Part shown: positions 59,979 to 64,000 of the stretch, one piece after another
Position numbering within the stretch: the first letter of the stretch is position 1
Layout of the letters: each line of letters opens with the position of its first letter
Assembly (NCBI GenBank): GCA_965202785.1
Contig: OZ241855.1
Coordinates: forward strand, 1,312,001-1,376,000
Source of the DNA: Thermodesulfobacteriota bacterium
Lineage (GTDB): Bacteria > Desulfobacterota_D > UBA1144 > Nemesobacterales > Nemesobacteraceae
Direction of reading: 5' to 3'
Length of the DNA: 64,000 bases
The notes under the pieces: generated by a model
Seen by the model: only the letters and a program-made list of their open reading frames with translations
The model's database searches: none
What the model was told of the DNA's origin: nothing
Program-made: the position numbers and the translations under genes

Positions 59979-61204
59979 TTTATCTCTTTTCCGCAGAGAC
60001 TTAGCAGCCTTAGCCTTACTATTTTATAGTCATATATGGAGTTTTTGTAGTCCGCTACCGCTTCTTGGTAAAGCGTCTGCGCTCGGGCAAATTCTATTTT
60101 CGAAGCGCTTCGCGACTCGTATCTTTCCTTGACCAGAAGCAGGTTTTTCTCCGATATCGATTCTGAATCCTCAAGTATTTTTATTTTTTTCTCAAGGTGC
60201 TTGAGTTTGAGATAGAGTTCCCCGACCGAAAGAATGATCCTGTTTCTGAGCAGCTCGGTCTGCGCCTCATTCCTTGTGAGCTCACCCTTTGACTGCGCCA
60301 TCTGGCCGAACCTTGAAAATCCCTCAAAGATGGGAATCTTAACGCCGAGCCCGGCTATAAAAGCCGGCGTCTCGGCGCCTGCTCCTTCAAATCTGTACGC
60401 TGCCCTGCCGAATATCGACGGAAGAAATCTCCCCCTGTTCTCTGAAATCGAGGCCTTTATTCCGTCGCGGTCCGCCAGGAGGCTCTTTATATCCGTGTTT
60501 GCGGAAAGGGCGAAGCTGACAAGATCTTCTCTGGTTTCGTATACCTTCTCATAGGCAAGATCCTCACGGATGTCGAATTGCCCGAGTGAGGGGTCGTTCA
60601 TCAGATGTTTTAGGTTGAGCATGGCGAGTTCGTAGGAGTTTTCTCTTGAAACCAATTCAAGTTTTGCCTGTTGCAGGTCGATTTCCGCCTGGCTTAGCTG
60701 CTGGGCGGATTTTTTCCCGACGGCGAAAAGCTCTTCTGTTTTTTCAAGGAGCCATTCCCTGCGCTTGGTTTCTGTAGCTGCTCCGTCGAGCCGGTTTTTC
60801 TCGGAAAGTGCCTGATAGTAGGCGATGCGCGTGTCGCGCACAAGCATTGTTTCTGAGCCCGTAAGCAAGTATCTCGCGGATTCCAGGTGATGTCCCCTTG
60901 CCCTTATCCTGGCTTTTGTCTTCCCGAAATCCCATATCATCTGGTCGACGTAAAAACCGGACTCCCTTCCCACAAACGGCACTACGAGTTTTCCGCTAAG
61001 CTGGGGATAAAGGGGGGCTTTCGCCTGCCTGAGTATTGATTTCGAGATATCGACCTCGGAACGGGAAATCCGGAGCTCCGGGCTGTTGAGCAGCGCTATC
61101 TCGACGGCCCGTTCAACCGGGATTACTTCCTGTGCCCAAGTGGTCTGGGAAAGCAGCAGCAGTGAACTGAGAAGAAGAAGGAGATTTTTCGGTATACTCA
61201 TCAT
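59975..61204 (-). CDS. TolC-family outer membrane protein
   Basis: Signal peptide; AL..SPEL; IWDFG and PIFEG repeats; helical coiled-coil pattern. Confidence 0.88.
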   Translation of the reverse strand: MMSIPKNLLLLLSSLLLLSQTTWAQEVIPVERAVEIALLNSPELRISRSEVDISKSILRQAKAPLYPQLSGKLVVPFVGRESGFYVDQMIWDFGKTKARIRARGHHLESARYLLTGSETMLVRDTRIAYYQALSEKNRLDGAATETKRREWLLEKTEELFAVGKKSAQQLSQAEIDLQQAKLELVSRENSYELAMLNLKHLMNDPSLGQFDIREDLAYEKVYETREDLVSFALSANTDIKSLLADRDGIKASISENRGRFLPSIFGRAAYRFEGAGAETPAFIAGLGVKIPIFEGFSRFGQMAQSKGELTRNEAQTELLRNRIILSVGELYLKLKHLEKKIKILEDSESISEKNLLLVKERYESRSASKIEFARAQTLYQEAVADYKNSIYDYKIVRLRLLSLCGKEIK

Positions 61205-61230
61205 GTGGCAACCGCCGGTGTGCCGCTTGA

Positions 61231-62418
61231 GTGCGGATGAAACAGAATATCAATAAAGACCAGACGCCTCTTGGCGTATATGTCCATATTCCCTACTGTC
61301 TTACCAAATGTCCGTATTGTGATTTTAACTCCTATGGGACTAATGGCAACTTTCCGGAAGATGATTACGTCCGTGCCCTGGAGCGGGAAATTGAAAGTTT
61401 CCGGGGCATTATTGAAGGCAAAGAGATAAGCACGGTGTTTTTCGGGGGAGGGACCCCGTCACTTTTAAAGCCCGGAAGCGTAGGGATGGTAATGGAGAAA
61501 CTCGCCTCGATTGCTTCCTTCTCGCCCAAGGTGGAAGTGAGCCTCGAGGTAAACCCGAGAACCGCCGACAGGGAAAAGCTTGTTTCCCTCATGCGCTCTG
61601 GGGTAAACAGGATAAGCGTCGGCGTGCAGTCTTTTTCGCAGAGAAAACTTGATTTCTACGGGAGATTCACCACTCCGGATGACTGTGTCCGCGCGCTTGT
61701 TGACGTCCGGGACGCCGGTTTTCACAACTATAATCTTGATCTTATATACGGAAGCTCGCAGGAAACCCGGGAAGAGTTTGAAGAAGATATCCGCACTGCC
61801 CTGAGCTTCTCGCCGACCCACATATCCGCCTATTGCCTTACGATTGAGCCCGGTACCGAGTTTGCGACGCTTCGGCGCAAAGGGAAACTCTCTGTTCCCG
61901 ATGATTCGGTTCTGGTCGGGTTCATGCGGAGCGCGCGGGAGATTCTTGAAGCAGAAGGGTACGGCAATTACGAAGTATCGAATTTTGCCCGGCGCGGCTA
62001 TGAGTGCAGGCATAACCTTATTTACTGGAACTGTCATGATTACTTGGGCGTGGGTGCCGGGGCTCATTCCCACATCAGCTGTGGAGGAGAGGGATGGGGA
62101 AGAAGATGGTCAAACGTAAGGAATCCCGAACTTTACATAAAGCGAGTTGCGGGGGACGGAAATGCCGTCTGTGTCTCTTATGATCTATCGCGGACAACGG
62201 CCCTTGAAGACACTCTTCTTATGGGGCTTCGGCTAAGCGACGGGATAGGGATTGAAGACGTAAAGAAACGCTTCGGCTGCGAACCTGATGCCTCCGGCCT
62301 CGAATACCTTGAATCTGACGGTTTTATTCTCACCGACGGCGGCCGTCTCAGGCTGACAGCCAAGGGAAGGGTATTCACCGATGAGTTGGTTGCAAGGGTG
62401 TGCGGGGCTTTTCACTGA
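61231..62418 (+). CDS. hemW: Radical SAM heme chaperone HemW (HemN-like)
   Basis: YVHIPYCLTKCPYCDF; FFGGGTPS; YEVSNFA; HNLIYW. Confidence 0.9.
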   Translation: MRMKQNINKDQTPLGVYVHIPYCLTKCPYCDFNSYGTNGNFPEDDYVRALEREIESFRGIIEGKEISTVFFGGGTPSLLKPGSVGMVMEKLASIASFSPKVEVSLEVNPRTADREKLVSLMRSGVNRISVGVQSFSQRKLDFYGRFTTPDDCVRALVDVRDAGFHNYNLDLIYGSSQETREEFEEDIRTALSFSPTHISAYCLTIEPGTEFATLRRKGKLSVPDDSVLVGFMRSAREILEAEGYGNYEVSNFARRGYECRHNLIYWNCHDYLGVGAGAHSHISCGGEGWGRRWSNVRNPELYIKRVAGDGNAVCVSYDLSRTTALEDTLLMGLRLSDGIGIEDVKKRFGCEPDASGLEYLESDGFILTDGGRLRLTAKGRVFTDELVARVCGAFH

Positions 62419-62420
62419 AA

Positions 62421-63098
62421 CTACAAAGATACAATCAGCAGACGGTCGTTGCACTTTTGTAACGGACGTGCATTGTGTCCGAACATCCGCTCAAAGCTTG
62501 CGACCTGTTCTGCACTCACCTCAATTACGTCTGGAAAAATGAACCAGTGTACTCCCTCGCTGCAAGGAGGGGTGGTGAGCGACCCCTTGTAATGGAAGTA
62601 GCCGGTGGTCGCGGGCAGTATCGCGGATGCATCCACTGTCGTGTCCGCAACATCAACTTCTATTCCTGCCTCGGCCGGTACGTTGTCAAACACCGCATCC
62701 AAGGCATGGTTTTGTGCGCCTATTTCCATCATAACGCCAACCACTGCCAGTACGCCTGCCGGGTTTTTGTGTACGAAATGTGCCTCCATTGCCGCGTGCG
62801 AACCATCAAAAGCGTGCTCGCTCGGGACGTGAAAGTGAAACTGCAACAGTTCGTAAATTTCACCTGCTGCGGTCAGCGTGCTGCCGGGTGCGTAATTTAC
62901 CTGGAGGGTGTGTCCGGTGTTTAGAATCTTCAGAGAAGAGGGCTTGTAATCAAATTTCAGCGCCGGTCCCTTGACGGGAAAGGCACCGGTGATGTCAATC
63001 GGTGACTGCATGCGCCCGATGGTGCAGGTCGCGTAATCCGGGGAGAGCGAGCCCCAGTTGTCGGGACCTTCGGCCCCGGTATACCCCCAGCAAGTCAA
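62421..63098 (-). CDS. Alpha-class carbonic anhydrase, no signal peptide
   Basis: WGY..GPDNW; QSPIDI; QFHFH..SEH; EAHFVH; GSLTTPPCSEGV. Likely TTG start at 63098 after GGAGG. Confidence 0.93.
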   Translation of the reverse strand: MTCWGYTGAEGPDNWGSLSPDYATCTIGRMQSPIDITGAFPVKGPALKFDYKPSSLKILNTGHTLQVNYAPGSTLTAAGEIYELLQFHFHVPSEHAFDGSHAAMEAHFVHKNPAGVLAVVGVMMEIGAQNHALDAVFDNVPAEAGIEVDVADTTVDASAILPATTGYFHYKGSLTTPPCSEGVHWFIFPDVIEVSAEQVASFERMFGHNARPLQKCNDRLLIVSL

Positions 63099-63266
63099 CT
63101 TAGTCCTCCATGACGCATTCCCGTATGGGTTTTCGTGAGTGCGGATATCACTAGCATAATACGCGGTTTTATGGCCTGCACTGCAAACCTGTTTTCTGAG
63201 CAGATGGGGCCGATAATTTGCAAAGACAGCGTAACCCATGCCTCAAAATGTTTCAAACAAACCTAA

Positions 63267-63728
63267 TTAGACGGTTCTTGAGTTGTGGTGCAGATAGGAC
63301 CTGCTCCGTCCGGATTCCAGGTAAAAGCCTTTCTCGTCTTTTCCTGCGTATTTCATTAGTTCGTAGTAGGCCGCGCTAAGAAGCCTAGCCTCGAATTTCC
63401 CGTTCTTTACCTTTACGTAAGGTATGTTCTGCTCGGCTATGGTGAGAGTCGTCAAATCCAGTTCTTCCCCGGATTCGTCGTTTAACCTTATGGAAAAACC
63501 GTTCTCCGTTTTGGTGACCATAGTAACAACAAAAGGGGTATCCTCGCACTCGACGTAAACCCTGCTCCCTTGTTCTTCGACGAAAAGCCTTCCGTCTGCG
63601 TCCACGTCGAGGTTCTTGTTGTTCTCAAGGTATGTCCACCTGTGGGTTATTCTGACCCCGTCGTGAAACCACCTGCCGCGACTGTCTATGAATATTCTGG
63701 GTTTTTTGCTCTCTTGTCTGTTTTTCAT
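63267..63728 (-). CDS. DUF1285-like hypothetical protein
   Basis: [13 protein letters not shown]; [10 protein letters not shown]; [11 protein letters not shown]. Confidence 0.75.
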   Translation of the reverse strand: MKNRQESKKPRIFIDSRGRWFHDGVRITHRWTYLENNKNLDVDADGRLFVEEQGSRVYVECEDTPFVVTMVTKTENGFSIRLNDESGEELDLTTLTIAEQNIPYVKVKNGKFEARLLSAAYYELMKYAGKDEKGFYLESGRSRSYLHHNSRTV

Positions 63729-64000
63729 ATCCCGATAGCTTTCACTACCACCCTTTTTCTTCTTCTTCCGTCAAACTCCCCGTAGAAGATTTCCTGCCAA
63801 GGGCCGAGGTCAAGGTCTCCTTCCGTCACGGGAACCATCACCTGGTGGTGCATGAGGAGATTTTTCAGGTGAGCGTCGCCGTTGTCTTCCCCAGTGCGGT
63901 GATGTTTGTAATCTTCCCTGAAGGGGGAGATGCCTTCAAGCCACTCCCATATGTCTTCGAAAAGCCCCTGCTCGAGGTCATTTACGAAGACAGAAGCCGT
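63725..64000 (-). CDS. yjbQ: YjbQ-family protein (secondary thiamine-phosphate synthase), 5' end outside the window
   Basis: Manual translation TASVFVND...[14 protein letters not shown]...[16 protein letters not shown]...VKAIGI*; TGA overlaps the next ATG. Confidence 0.9.
   Translation of the reverse strand, partial: TASVFVNDLEQGLFEDIWEWLEGISPFREDYKHHRTGEDNGDAHLKNLLMHHQVMVPVTEGDLDLGPWQEIFYGEFDGRRRKRVVVKAIGI

Overview
Bacterial (diderm) genomic DNA in two parts. Bases ~1-27,300 are an accessory island rich in sterol-type enzymes usually associated with eukaryotes: a Neverland/KshA-type Rieske oxygenase carried inside a dead IS1595 element, two sterol C-24 methyltransferase paralogs (one with a remodelled active site), an ERG4/ERG24-family sterol reductase, two tandem GPP34-cytochrome P450 fusions that lack the acid-alcohol pair, and a COG2907-like flavoprotein. 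It also holds a putative envelope lipid-trafficking set (two MMPL/RND proteins, a LolA-like carrier, an outer-membrane barrel) and a sensor kinase/partner-switching module. Several island genes share upstream DNA motifs. No squalene epoxidase or oxidosqualene cyclase is in the window, so the best inference is a system that takes up and remodels exogenous (host or dietary) sterols; de novo genes could lie elsewhere. Bases ~27,500-64,000 are mostly housekeeping: a bcd/hbd/crt/thl-like operon, glnS, purU, MoxR-VWA, tRNA-Cys, tRNA-Leu, a TonB receptor, the rpoN-hpf-ptsN-hprK-rapZ operon, eno-leuC-leuD, duplicated amt, TolC/MacA/ABC ATPase, hemW and an alpha-carbonic anhydrase. The gene style suggests a marine host-associated lineage such as Ca. 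Dadabacteria, which I cannot verify. All family calls come from motif recognition by eye, not database searches.
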